Origin: an uncultured delta proteobacterium
GTDB taxonomy: Bacteria; Myxococcota; Myxococcia; Myxococcales; Myxococcaceae
Reading direction: 5' to 3'
Assembly (NCBI GenBank): GCA_963713045.1
Contig: CAVQKE010000003.1
Span: forward strand, 672,001 to 736,000
Length of the DNA stretch: 64,000 nucleotides
Every line of letters begins with the position of its first letter. Position 1 is the first letter of the stretch. Of this stretch, positions 11,427 to 21,087 are shown piece after piece. The position numbers were made by a program, and so were the translations under genes. The notes beneath the pieces were generated by a model. That model was not told where the DNA came from. It saw nothing but the letters and a program-made list of their open reading frames with translations, and made no database searches.

Positions 11427-11697
11427 TCAGGACGTTGCCACCACAGAGGCCTCCAGTACGGAGACGTCCACGGCGCGCATCCGGCCGCGAAAAGCCCGCG
11501 CCAGCGCCTTTCGCTGCACCGCCGCTCGCAAGCAACCCGCCCCACACAGGTAGGCGCCGCGACCGGTCCCGGTCCTCGTCTTGTCCCAGGCGGGGGTGCC
11601 TTCACTCGACAGGCACAGCCGCTGGAGGTGCTGCTGGCCGGCGCTTGGCCCCACACCCGATGCAGGTGCGCTCCGCAGGGTGTTGTCTCGGAGTCAC
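11427..11697 (-). CDS. ylxR: YlxR/DUF448 RNA-binding protein, one +1 indel near 11642
   Basis: ERTCIGC in one frame, GRGAYLC..CL..A..RKALARAFR in the next; between nusA and infB. Confidence 0.85.
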
Positions 11698-11767
11698 CTT
11701 GGCAGTCCTTGCCCCTTTTGTGACACGGCACCCTGAGGGGACGTTCCCCCCGGGCCCGCGCGGGCGC

Positions 11768-13474
11768 CTAGGCCTCCTCTCCGCTGGGGGTGGTGGGGAT
11801 GGGGGCTGCGGCCAGCGTGGCACGCTCGGCGTCGAGCTCCGTCCGTAGCCGGGCCTCCTCGAGGAGGTAGGACTCCGCGGCGCTCTTCAGCTGCCGCGCC
11901 TTTTTGATGCCCACGCCGGGCACATCCCCCAGTTTGGCGAGGTCCTTTTCGTTGGCCACGTCCTCCACCGTCTTGTAGCCACTCAGCACCAGCGCCTCGA
12001 TGGTCTTCTCACTCATCCCCCGCACCCGGGCCAGTCGCTCGGCCTGGGTCAGCTCATCCGGGTGACGGCGGGCCTCGAAGAGGCGCTGCTGCTCGCGCTC
12101 GTATTCCATGCGGCTGAGTTCCGCCGCGTCGTCCACCATTTGCTTGCTCGCCTGCTCCTGCATGGCCGGGATGCGCGCCGGGTCCACCCCAGGAATTTGG
12201 GCCAGCACCTCGGGGGCCGCCTCGGCGACGTCCTTGGCCTGGCGAAAGCCGTGGGCATAGAGGGTTTCAATCAACATCTCATTGACGCCCGGGAGGACTC
12301 CCAGCGAGCGGTTGGCGAACTCGCGCATCTCCCGCACCCGGCTCTCGCTGTTGATGTCCAGCTTCCAGCCGGTGAGTTGCGCGGCCAGCCGGACATTTTG
12401 CCCCCGCCGGCCGATGGCCAGGCTGAGCTGGTCGTCCGGCACAATCAACTCCATGGCGTGGTTGGCCTCGTCAATGATGACGCGCGACACCTCGGCCGGG
12501 GCCAGCGCCGAGCAGACGAAACGGGCCGGGTCCTCGTCCCAGGGGACGATGTCGATTTTCTCCCCGCGCAGCTCCTGCACCACCGCCTGCACCCGGCTGC
12601 CCTTCATCCCGACGCAGGCCCCCACCGGGTCGACGTCGGCATCCCGGCTGACTGACGGCAATTTTCGCCCGGCCACCAGGCTCCCGTGCGGCGGCCTCGA
12701 TGACGACGATGCCCTCGGCAATCTCCGGGACTTCCATCTCAAACAGTTTGGTGAGCAGGTTGACGGAGGCCCGACTCAAAAGATAATCTGCGGGCCCTTG
12801 GACTCACGCAGCACGTCCAGGACGAAGGCCTGGACGCGGTCACCGGCCCGGTAGGTTTCCCGCGGCACCTGCTCGCGGACCGGAAGCACCGCCTCGGCAC
12901 GTCCCAAGTCCACGATGATGTTGCCTCGCTCGAAGCGCCGGGCGATGCCAGTGACAATCTCGTTCTTGCGGTCCTTGTATTCGTTGTAGACGTTTTCCCG
13001 CTCCGCATCGCGGGTGCGCTGGAGGATGACTTGCTTGGCGGTTTGCGCGGCGATGCGGCCGAAGCCCCGCCGGAACGTCTTCAGCCGTAAAATGTCGCCG
13101 TACTGGTCGTCCTGGGCCTTGGCCTCGGCGGCGTCCTCGTCCCGGTAGAAAATCTGGAAGACCAACTCATCCCCGGGCTCCACCTCCATCCCCTTCTTGC
13201 GGGCCTCGTCCATCGACAGCTGGTTGACGCCCTGGGCCGGGTCGGTAATTTCCTCGACCACCGTCACTGCCTGGAAGAGCTCCACCACGCCCTTGTCCAA
13301 TTCATACTTGGCCTCGAGGTTGCGGTCCTGTCCGAAGTGCTTTTTGGCGGCGGTCTGCATGGCATCTTCCAGCGTCGCCACCAGGACGCTTTTCTCGATG
13401 CCCTTGTCCTTGGCCACCTGCTCCAGGATGAGGTTGAGATTCACCACCGGGGTGGCTGCCGCTGTCGTCGCCAT
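11768..13474 (-). CDS. nusA: Transcription termination factor NusA with C-terminal HhH extension; indels near 12780 and 12652
   Basis: [57 protein letters not shown]. Confidence 0.96.
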
Positions 13475-13487
13475 GGCTGTTTCGTCC

Positions 13488-13994
13488 CTAGAAGTCGAAC
13501 TCCAGATTCGCCTTCGCAATGTCCCGGAACGGGATGCGGAAGGCGGGGCCACCTTCGACGTGGACGGTCACTCCCTCGTCGGCCACGTCCTGCAGTGTCC
13601 CGGTAAAGCTCTTGCGTCCCGGCGTGCCTACCGGCCCAAACGTCTTCACCTTGACGCGCTTGCCGAGGACGCGCCGGAAGTGGTCCGGCTTGCGCAGCGG
13701 CCGGTTGATGCCGGGGCTACTCACCTCCAGGCTGTAGGCCTGCCCAATGACGTCCTCCACCTCCAGCGACGTCTCGACCGCGTGGCTGACGCGGGCGCAT
13801 TCCTCCAGGCCCACGCCGCCTTCCTTGGCCAAGGGGTCCCGCCCCGGGGTGTCAATGTAGAGGCGGAGCACCCAGCCCTGGGGCTCCCGCAGCCACTCGA
13901 CGTCCACCAATTCGAAGCCCTCGGCCTGCACCAAGGGCTCCGCCACGCGCGCCGCGCGCTCGGCCACCGACGCCTTGTGGAGTACTTCGGCCAT
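13488..13994 (-). CDS. rimP: Ribosome maturation factor RimP
   Basis: LRLYID..LEEC..VS, YSLEVSSPGINRPL; first gene of the nusA-infB operon. Confidence 0.96.
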   Translation of the reverse strand: MAEVLHKASVAERAARVAEPLVQAEGFELVDVEWLREPQGWVLRLYIDTPGRDPLAKEGGVGLEECARVSHAVETSLEVEDVIGQAYSLEVSSPGINRPLRKPDHFRRVLGKRVKVKTFGPVGTPGRKSFTGTLQDVADEGVTVHVEGGPAFRIPFRDIAKANLEFDF

Positions 13995-14015
13995 GGCAGG
14001 AGGGGTCCAGAAACG

Positions 14016-14044
14016 AAAAAAGCGGGCACGAAGGCCCACTTTTC
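14016..14044 (-). promoter_or_regulatory. rimP leader terminator-like hairpin
   Basis: AAAAGTGGGC-CTTCGT-GCCCGCTTTTTT about 20 nt upstream of rimP; matches the GGGc..gCCC-U-tract pattern of rimP leaders. Confidence 0.8.
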
Positions 14045-14229
14045 GAGGGTGTAACCCAAAAAATGTGGACGCTCTCGGTACCACAGCCCTCCTGCGGGTG
14101 TAAAGGCGGGGAGCAGGCTGCCTCCCGTCCCGTGGGTGGCCCATCCCCAGCACAATAACGCTCTGCGTCAGATGCAGGGGAGCTGCATTCGGCGGCCTCG
14201 CCGTGGGCCATGGCATGGTGGACGACGGC

Positions 14230-15039
14230 ATGAAAAGCATGTCCCGCTTGGCGGCCGTTCAAATGGCGTCCGGGGCCGACAAGGCCCAAAACCTGGCCAC
14301 CGCCGAAGGCCTGGTTCGCGAAGCCGCCCAGCGCGGCGCGGTGCTGGTGGGCTTACCGGAAAACGTCGCGTGGATGGGGCCAGAGGCCGAGCGCGCCCAA
14401 GCCGCCGAGCCCCTGGACGGGCCCACGCTGCAGCGCTTTTCCGCGCTGGCCCGCGCCTGCGCCATCCACCTGTTGGCCGGCAGCGTCCTGGAATCCGGCG
14501 CGCCCGGCGGGCGCTTCTACAACACCAGCGTCCTCTTCGGCCCCAGCGGCGAGCGCCTGGCGGTCTACCGCAAGCTTCACCTCTTCGACGTGGAGGTGGG
14601 TGACGGACAGACGTACCGCGAGTCCGCCGCCGTCGCGCCGGGCGAGGACGTCGTTTCTGCCCAGACGCCGCTCGGACGGCTGGGCCTCTCCATTTGCTAC
14701 GACTTGCGCTTCCCGGAGTTGTACCGGGCCCTCTCCGCCCAGGGCGCGGTGCTGCTGTGCGTCCCCAGTGCCTTCACGTTGATGACCGGCAAGGACCACT
14801 GGGAGGTGCTGCTGCGGGCGCGGGCCGTCGAAAACCAGGCCTACGTCCTGGCACCGGCGCAAGGCGGCCGGCACCCTGGCGAGCGCCTCAGCTACGGGCA
14901 CGCGCTGGTGGTCGACCCCTGGGGGACGGTGGTGGCGTGTGCTTCGGAGGGTGAAGGGCTGGCCGTGGCGGACATGGACCGGGCACTCCTCGAGCGCATT
15001 CGGGCGCGGCTTCCGGCGCTGAAACATCGGCGGCTGTAG
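14230..15039 (+). CDS. Carbon-nitrogen hydrolase (Nit1-like, deaminated-glutathione amidase family)
   Basis: LPEN, YRKLHLFDV, ICYDLRFPELYR (E-K-C triad), HWEVLLRARAVENQ. Confidence 0.92.
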   Translation: MKSMSRLAAVQMASGADKAQNLATAEGLVREAAQRGAVLVGLPENVAWMGPEAERAQAAEPLDGPTLQRFSALARACAIHLLAGSVLESGAPGGRFYNTSVLFGPSGERLAVYRKLHLFDVEVGDGQTYRESAAVAPGEDVVSAQTPLGRLGLSICYDLRFPELYRALSAQGAVLLCVPSAFTLMTGKDHWEVLLRARAVENQAYVLAPAQGGRHPGERLSYGHALVVDPWGTVVACASEGEGLAVADMDRALLERIRARLPALKHRRL

Positions 15040-15151
15040 TCGCTCGGGTGCACCCACAAAGTGCGCAAAAGCGGCCCTGCCTGGACCCTCTGCTAGACTT
15101 CTGTGTCCGCTTTCTCCGGACAGCCGGCCCCTGCACCCGTCGGGACGACAA

Positions 15152-15592
15152 ATGGCACTGTGCCTCACGCTGCTCGCGGCGGGCGACGCCTGTCGCAAGT
15201 CCCCAGCCAGCGGGCCGCTGGACGCCGCTTCGCCGCCGTTGGCCCGGGCCACGTTGAGTCAGCTGAAGGGGACGGTGTCTGTGAAACGCGCCGCGGCGGA
15301 TGACTGGACGGCTGCCAGCGAGGGCATGGCCCTGTTGGAGAATGACACCGTCCAAACCGGAGCCCGCGCCTCGGCCCTGGTGCGCTTCCCCAACGGCTCC
15401 TCCGTGCTGGTGGGAGAGGAGGCCCTGATTGGCATCGCCGAGACGGGGGGCGCCCCCGGCCGCGACCGGACGGACGTCACCGTCAAGCGAGGCACGGTGG
15501 ATGCCACCTTGCAAACGCCCGCCACCCAGGACTTGAGCGTCGGCACGCCGGCGGCGACGGTGCGTGGCGGGCGGGAGATAGTCTTCCAATGA
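15152..15592 (+). CDS. Exported (possible lipoprotein) protein with the N-terminal half of a FecR domain
   Basis: DTVQTG..ASALVRFPNGSSVLVGEEALI..G.V...VGTPAATVRG; signal-like N-terminus with Cys. Confidence 0.75.
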   Translation: MALCLTLLAAGDACRKSPASGPLDAASPPLARATLSQLKGTVSVKRAAADDWTAASEGMALLENDTVQTGARASALVRFPNGSSVLVGEEALIGIAETGGAPGRDRTDVTVKRGTVDATLQTPATQDLSVGTPAATVRGGREIVFQ

Positions 15593-16493
15593 GGCCGGTG
15601 CTGCTGGCCCTTGTCTGCTTGGCCACCCCGTCCGCCCGGGAGACGGTGGTGCAGCCCAAGAGAGACGCTGGCCGACGTCGCATTGCGCACCCTCGGGACG
15701 GCCAGGGCGGCCGGAGAACTTGCGGGCCATCAACCACCTCGACTCGGACGCCGTCGTCGCCGGCACCCAGCTGCTGCTTCCCGGGCCGGAGCGCGACCTC
15801 GCGCTGTCCGCCATTGCCTCGGCCAAGAGTGCCGTGCACCAGGCCAAGGCGGGCGCCGCGCGCAACGAGGCTTCGGAGCGCACCGCTGAGGCCGAGCGGC
15901 TTCTGTCCGCTGGCCGCTACGGCGAAGCCGCGGCCGAGGCCGACAGCGCCTGGAAGCTGCTCTCCCAGCGCGCGGAGGACCCCTCCCGCTTCGCCGTCCA
16001 GGTGGCGCCGGACGGGACGACGCGGGTGCACGTCGACTCGGGCATTGCGGTGCGGGTTGAGTCCGAGGGACGGACGCGGGCGGTGAGTGCCGGGGAGACG
16101 GTGCTGGTGCACAAGGGGGAACCGCCGGGCATTCCCACCGGGCAACTGCAGGCGCCCACCGCCGGCGGCCTCGACGCGCCGCAGCTTCTCGCCCCGACCA
16201 ACGGCCTGCGGCTGGTTCTGGACTCCAAGGGCAAGGGCGTGGGGCCGCTGCGGCTCACCTGGCGCGCGGTGTCCGGTGCGCGCGGCTACCTGGTGGAGCT
16301 GGAGGGGCCTTCCGCGCAGACGCTGCGCACCAGCCGAGCGGAGGCCACCTTCCAGAGTCTCCGCACCGGAAGCTACCGGTGGAGGGTGCGCGCCCTGGGC
16401 GTCGAGGGAGAGCTCGGGCCCAGTTCCGAACGCTCCCTGGAGCTGTCGACCGGCAACATCAAACTTGAAGTGCAGACACCGGACTGGAAGTGA
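15589..16493 (+). CDS. Exported LysM + FecR C-half + FN3-like protein; two +1 indels (near 15660 and 15719)
   Basis: VVQP-ETLADVALRTLG..GELRAINHL...VAGTQLLLP LysM reconstructed across three frames; LTWRAVSGARGYLVEL and GSYRWRVRA FN3-like. Confidence 0.78.
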
Positions 16494-18193
16494 AGCTTTT
16501 CAAGGCCATATTTCTCCTGATGCTGGTGGTGGGCGTGGTGTCCACCGCCACCGTTGGGCTGCTGGTCCTCTCCGACACGCGCGAGCTGCTCACCAGAGAC
16601 GCACAGGAGCTGTCCGGCGAGCGGGTGAAGCAGCTGCGGCTGAAGACGGAGCGCGAGCTGGAGGAGCCAGTGCGCGCGGTGCTGCAGCTGTCGCGGACCG
16701 CCGGCTTCTTCGGGCTACCGCTGGCCGAGCAGCGGGCGCTGGTGACGTCGCTCCTCACCCAGCGCCGGGACGTGATGGCCGTCACGGCCTTCAGCGCGCA
16801 GAAGGCCCGGGTCAGCGGCCTGCAGGCGTTTGCCTTCAACGACGTCCCCCCGACGGAAGTGGCGGAGCACGAGGCCCGGGCCCGCAGCCTGCTCGAAGGC
16901 CTCACCACGCTGCGCTACGCGGCACCGGTGGCGCGCCCCGGCCGCCCGCCGACGGTGACGGTGGCCTTCCCGGTGGGCGAGCCGGTACGGGGCTACCTCG
17001 CCGCCGAGCTGTCACTTGGCTCCCTGGCGGCCACGGTGGCGGACCAACGGGTGGGCTCCAGCGGCTTCGCCTACGTGGTGGACGGGCAAGGCCGGCTGGT
17101 GGCCGGCCCGCGGGGGCGCTTCGTCCCCGGGGAGGACCTCTCGGGCCGACCGGCGGTGGCCAGTCTCTTGGCGACGCTGGCCAAAAGTCCGGACCCGGAA
17201 CTTTTCCGGGTGGGCAACTTCGGCGCCGGGGAGAACCGGGTGGTGGGCGCCTACGCCTCGGTGGCGGGCCCCGGCTGGGGCGTGGTGAGTGAGCAGCCAC
17301 TGGACGCCGCCTACACCCAGGTGAATTCGATGCAGCACCGCATTCTCGTCGGGTTTCTCGCGGCCCTGTTGGTGGCTCTGCTCCTGGCCCTCCTCTTCTC
17401 GCGCGGGCTCACCCGGCCCCTGAAGCGCTTCGTCGCCTCGGCACTGGACATTGCCAAGGGGCGTTTCGGGAGTCAGGTGGAGCTGAAAAGCAACAATGAG
17501 TTGGGCGAACTGGCGAGAACCTTCAACCACATGAGTCAGCAGCTGCTGCGTTACGACCAGGAGAACAAGGGCCTGTACGCGAGCCTCGAGCAGGGCTACC
17601 TGGAAACCATCCTGGCGCTTGCCAACAGCATCGACAGCAAGGACCCCTACACCCGGGGCCACAGCCAGCGGGTGGGAGACATTTCCGCGGCCATCGGCCG
17701 CGAGCTTGGGTTGCCGGAACCGGAGGTGAAGCTTTTGCGCTACGCCGGCATCCTCCACGACATCGGCAAAATTGGAATCATCGACACCATCCTCGGCAAG
17801 CAGCAGCAGCTGACGGCGGAGGAGATGGGTGTCATGCGCGAGCATCCGCTGATTGGGGCCTCCATCGTCGAACCCGTTACCTTCCTTGGGGCCGCGCGCG
17901 CCGCGGTGAAGAGCCACCATGAGAAGTGGAATGGGAGCGGCTACCCGGAGGGCCTGGCCGGCGACAGCATCCCCTTGGTGGCCCGGATTGTCGGCTGTGC
18001 CGACACCTGGGACGCCTGCACCACCACCCGTCCCTACCAGCGGGCGATGTCCATTCCGGCCGCCCTGGAAGTGATGGAGCGACTGCGCGGCGTGGCGTTG
18101 GACCCGGCGGTGGTGGATGCCCTCCGGCGTGTCCTTGGCCGGCGCGCGTCTGGGGCGGAGCCTTCGGCACGGCCCGTCCAGCTGGCCTCGTGA
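16490..18193 (+). CDS. pmxA: Membrane Cache-HAMP-HD-GYP cyclic dinucleotide phosphodiesterase (PmxA-like)
   Basis: Two TMs, HAMP (NELGELARTFNHM), YTRGHSQRV, LHDIGKIG, HHEKWNGSGYP, RPYQ; architecture and neighbourhood as I recall for M. xanthus PmxA. Confidence 0.85.
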   Translation: MKLFKAIFLLMLVVGVVSTATVGLLVLSDTRELLTRDAQELSGERVKQLRLKTERELEEPVRAVLQLSRTAGFFGLPLAEQRALVTSLLTQRRDVMAVTAFSAQKARVSGLQAFAFNDVPPTEVAEHEARARSLLEGLTTLRYAAPVARPGRPPTVTVAFPVGEPVRGYLAAELSLGSLAATVADQRVGSSGFAYVVDGQGRLVAGPRGRFVPGEDLSGRPAVASLLATLAKSPDPELFRVGNFGAGENRVVGAYASVAGPGWGVVSEQPLDAAYTQVNSMQHRILVGFLAALLVALLLALLFSRGLTRPLKRFVASALDIAKGRFGSQVELKSNNELGELARTFNHMSQQLLRYDQENKGLYASLEQGYLETILALANSIDSKDPYTRGHSQRVGDISAAIGRELGLPEPEVKLLRYAGILHDIGKIGIIDTILGKQQQLTAEEMGVMREHPLIGASIVEPVTFLGAARAAVKSHHEKWNGSGYPEGLAGDSIPLVARIVGCADTWDACTTTRPYQRAMSIPAALEVMERLRGVALDPAVVDALRRVLGRRASGAEPSARPVQLAS

Positions 18194-18269
18194 GGGCCCA
18201 GTGGGCCGCCCCACAGCAGGCGCCGGGGCCGAGCTTCGCACGCGGCCGTTGCGCTATACCTGGAAAGCT

Positions 18270-18614
18270 TTGAGTTTCTGGGACCACATTAAGCCCAGCA
18301 CCCTGCCGCCGGCCGCGGCCCACCTCGAGGTGACGGACGAAGGCCGCGTCCTGCGCCTCACCTGGGAGGATGGCCTGCGCACCCGTGTGTCGGCCCGCAC
18401 CCTGCGCCAGGGGTGCCCCTGTGCGGCGTGCGTCGACGAATGGACGCACCAGCGCACCGTGGACCCGGCCAACGTCAGCCCCGACATCACACTCCTCGAA
18501 GTCCGTCCGGCGGGAAACTACGCGCTGCACGTGCACTTCGCAGACGGCCACACCACTGGCATTTTCAACTGGAAGACGCTGCGCGAGCTGTCGGAGAGCC
18601 CGCCGCAGCCGTAG
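18270..18614 (+). CDS. DUF971 / gamma-butyrobetaine hydroxylase N-terminal-like protein
   Basis: LR..CPCAAC, GNYAL.V.F.DGHTTGIF.W..LR. Confidence 0.88.
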   Translation: MSFWDHIKPSTLPPAAAHLEVTDEGRVLRLTWEDGLRTRVSARTLRQGCPCAACVDEWTHQRTVDPANVSPDITLLEVRPAGNYALHVHFADGHTTGIFNWKTLRELSESPPQP

Positions 18615-18636
18615 CCGGCGAGGGGGCAACCGTCCC

Positions 18637-19182
18637 ATGGGGTCCAACCCGAAGGACGAAGAGGATGAGGGCTTTCAGCCCACCGGGCCCGCGCTGGACC
18701 CCAGTGGGAAGCTGGAGGGCCGCATCGTCCAGAGGCCCGAGAAGCGCCCGCCGCCGCGGCGGCCGAAGGTGGAAGACTTCGAGTTGCAGGAGCGGGCCCC
18801 CAGGCCGGAGTCGGACTACGTCGCGCCGCGGCCTCCGCCGCCGCCACGCGTCCCCAGTCGGGGCGCTGGGGGCCTCGACTTGCCCCTCCTCCTCCTCCTC
18901 CTGGCGTGCTTGGGCGCTGGCGGCTGGTACCTTTTCTTCCAGCAGAAAACGCCGCCTGGCTACGTCCCCCCTGCGGTGGTGGTGCTCATCAGCAGCGAGC
19001 CGGTGGGCGCGGCCGTCAGCGTGGAGGGAACCGCCGTCGGGGTGACGCCTTGGGCGGCCGACAACACCTGGCCGGCCGGCCCGGTGAATGTCACCCTCAC
19101 CTACCCGGGCTACCGCCCCTGGAGCGGGACTTTCCGCGGCGGCCGGCCGGCGCGCCTGCAGGCCCGACTGCAGCGGCGCTGA
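18637..19182 (+). CDS. Single-TM PEGA-domain protein
   Basis: ISSEPVGAAVSVEG..VGVTP; TM segment LPLLLLLLACLGAGGWYLF. Confidence 0.8.
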   Translation: MGSNPKDEEDEGFQPTGPALDPSGKLEGRIVQRPEKRPPPRRPKVEDFELQERAPRPESDYVAPRPPPPPRVPSRGAGGLDLPLLLLLLACLGAGGWYLFFQQKTPPGYVPPAVVVLISSEPVGAAVSVEGTAVGVTPWAADNTWPAGPVNVTLTYPGYRPWSGTFRGGRPARLQARLQRR

Positions 19183-19236
19183 GAGACAGTAAAAAAACCC
19201 GGGCGGGGGGTCTGCCGACCCTGGATGGAAAGAGGG

Positions 19237-19710
19237 CTACTTCACCACCCGCAGGTGCCCCCGTCCGCGGGGCTGCGCTTCTTCCGCGCCGCCGTCCTCC
19301 GGCTGCGGAGGTTCGACGGACACCTGCCGCAACGGCGGGCTTTTGGAGTCAAGCGCCGAGCGTCCCGGTCGGGCCGCGGCCGAGCTGCGCGTCAACTCCG
19401 GCGGCATGTCCTCGGGAAACATCCAGAATTCGTGGCTGGCGTGGCTGGTAATCGCGAAGACCGCACTCCACGGGACGGCGACGGTGAAGCGGCTCCCGGA
19501 GAAGCTGAGGGTGCTGCGCAGCCCCCACTCCCCCACCGAGAGGTCCGACGGCTCAAACCGGTAGCTGAGGTTGAGGCGCAGGTGAGACTCCGTCCGGAAC
19601 TCAGCCGGCACCACCACCCCTGGACGACGGGCGTCCAGATGCACCATCACCATCCCGCGGTCCAGCGCAGAGAGCAGGTATTGCTTCTTTTCCGGGGTAC
19701 GGTCGTCCAT
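19237..19710 (-). CDS. sspB: SspB-like ClpXP specificity adaptor
   Basis: TLSFSG.RF.VAVPWSAVFAI; C-terminal HLRVVK ClpX-binding motif. Confidence 0.8.
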   Translation of the reverse strand: MDDRTPEKKQYLLSALDRGMVMVHLDARRPGVVVPAEFRTESHLRLNLSYRFEPSDLSVGEWGLRSTLSFSGSRFTVAVPWSAVFAITSHASHEFWMFPEDMPPELTRSSAAARPGRSALDSKSPPLRQVSVEPPQPEDGGAEEAQPRGRGHLRVVK

Positions 19711-19747
19711 GGCCTCGCGGAGCGGAGCCGCTTGGTGGTGAAAAAGG

Positions 19748-20227
19748 CTAACGCCTCCGAAGCACGCGATCCATCTCTCGCTTCGTCTCCCGCTGCTTAA
19801 TGTCCTCTCGGCGGTCCTCGTGCGTCTTGCCCTTCACCAACCCCAGCTGCACCTTGGCTCGCCCCCCCTTGAAGTAAAGCACCAGCGGAACGATGGAATA
19901 GCCCCGTTCGCGCACCTTCGCTGCCCAGCGGTCCAACTCGGCCCGGTGCAACAGCAGCTTGCGCGCCCGGGTCGGCTCGTGCGGGAAAAGGGCGGCCGCC
20001 CCGTAGGGGGCGATGCGCAGGTTGTGCAGGAAAAGCTCTCCGCCCTTGGGGAGGGCATAGCCGTCGGACATCTGCACCGCGCCCGCCCGGAGACTTTTCA
20101 CCTCGCTGCCCACCAGGGCCAGCCCCGCTTCCAGCCGCTCCTCCACCGAATAGTCGGCGCGGGCCCGTCGGTTGGTGGCGATGACTTTTTCGCCCTCTGG
20201 GGCAGCTTTGGTGCCGCGCGAGTGCAC
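19748..20227 (-). CDS. smpB: SsrA-binding protein
   Basis: IATNRRAR.DY, EAGLAL.GSEVKSLR, RKLLLHR, GK..EDRR. Confidence 0.96.
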   Translation of the reverse strand: MHSRGTKAAPEGEKVIATNRRARADYSVEERLEAGLALVGSEVKSLRAGAVQMSDGYALPKGGELFLHNLRIAPYGAAALFPHEPTRARKLLLHRAELDRWAAKVRERGYSIVPLVLYFKGGRAKVQLGLVKGKTHEDRREDIKQRETKREMDRVLRRR

Positions 20228-20237
20228 GCCCGGGGGT

Positions 20238-21086
20238 TTACCCCAGCTCGACGTTGTCGATGAGCCGCGTTGCGCCGACGAAGCCGGCCACCAGCAGGCG
20301 GGCGCGTGGCACCGCCCGGTCCAGCGGACGAAGGCTGTCCGGGTCCACCAGCGCCAGGTAGTCCTCGCCAACGGCTTGGTCGCCCAGTGCGTCGCGGACG
20401 GTGCCGAGAAGGGCCTTCGGGTCCACCACGCCTTCAGTAAAGCGCTGGCGGGCTGCTTCCAGCCCCGCAAACAGGGCGCGGGCCCGCGTTCGCTCGCCGG
20501 GCGACAGGTAGGCGTTGCGCGAACTCATCGCCAGCCCGTCGGCCTCACGGACGATGGGCATCCCCACCACCTGGACCCCCAGTTGAAGGTCCCGCGCCAG
20601 CCTCCGCACCACCTGCAGCTGCTGGTAGTCCTTTTCGCCAAAGATGGCCGCGTGCGGGCGAAACAGGGCGAACAGCTGTGTCACCACCGTGGCCACGCCG
20701 CGAAAGTGCCCGGGCCGCCGCTCCCCGCACAGTCCGCGCGAGAGCTCCACCACTTCGACATAGGTTTGGTACCCGGCCGGGTACACCTGGCTGGGCTCGG
20801 GGTGAAACACCACGTCCACCCCGGCGCGTGCGCAGCGCGCCAAGTCGGCCTCAAAGTCCCGCGGGTAGCGGGAAAAGTCCTCGGAAGGACCAAACTGGGT
20901 GGGGTTCACGAAAATACTCACCGCCACCACCTCGGCGCGCGCGCGCGCCGCGGCCATCAGGCTGACGTGACCGTCATGCAGGTAGCCCATGGTGGGCACC
21001 AGCGCCAGACGACGCCCGGCCTGGCGCGTCGTCTCGCCGAGGTCCGCCGCCTCGCTGGCGGTGCTGAGCACGCGCGGCGGCGGCAC
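20238..21086 (-). CDS. panC: Pantoate-beta-alanine ligase
   Basis: PTMGYLHDGH, SIFVNPTQF, RPGHFRGV, FGEKDYQQ, GLAMSSRN, RLIDN. Confidence 0.97.
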   Translation of the reverse strand: MPPPRVLSTASEAADLGETTRQAGRRLALVPTMGYLHDGHVSLMAAARARAEVVAVSIFVNPTQFGPSEDFSRYPRDFEADLARCARAGVDVVFHPEPSQVYPAGYQTYVEVVELSRGLCGERRPGHFRGVATVVTQLFALFRPHAAIFGEKDYQQLQVVRRLARDLQLGVQVVGMPIVREADGLAMSSRNAYLSPGERTRARALFAGLEAARQRFTEGVVDPKALLGTVRDALGDQAVGEDYLALVDPDSLRPLDRAVPRARLLVAGFVGATRLIDNVELG

Positions 21087-21087
21087 G

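Noticed and set aside
8457..13474. infB/nusA as true pseudogenes or programmed frameshifts
   Set aside because: Core translation/transcription genes, otherwise intact sequence, no consistent slippery motif, and clustered single-base insertions all point to sequencing error
14127..14155. Sigma54-like GG-N10-GC upstream of the nitrilase
   Set aside because: Only the minimal dinucleotides match, which is expected by chance at this GC content
19190..19226. Intrinsic terminator after sspB (and a similar A8-G8 tract at 47413-47440 after the OPT gene)
   Set aside because: U-tracts are present but the stems are imperfect; plausible but not supportable with confidence
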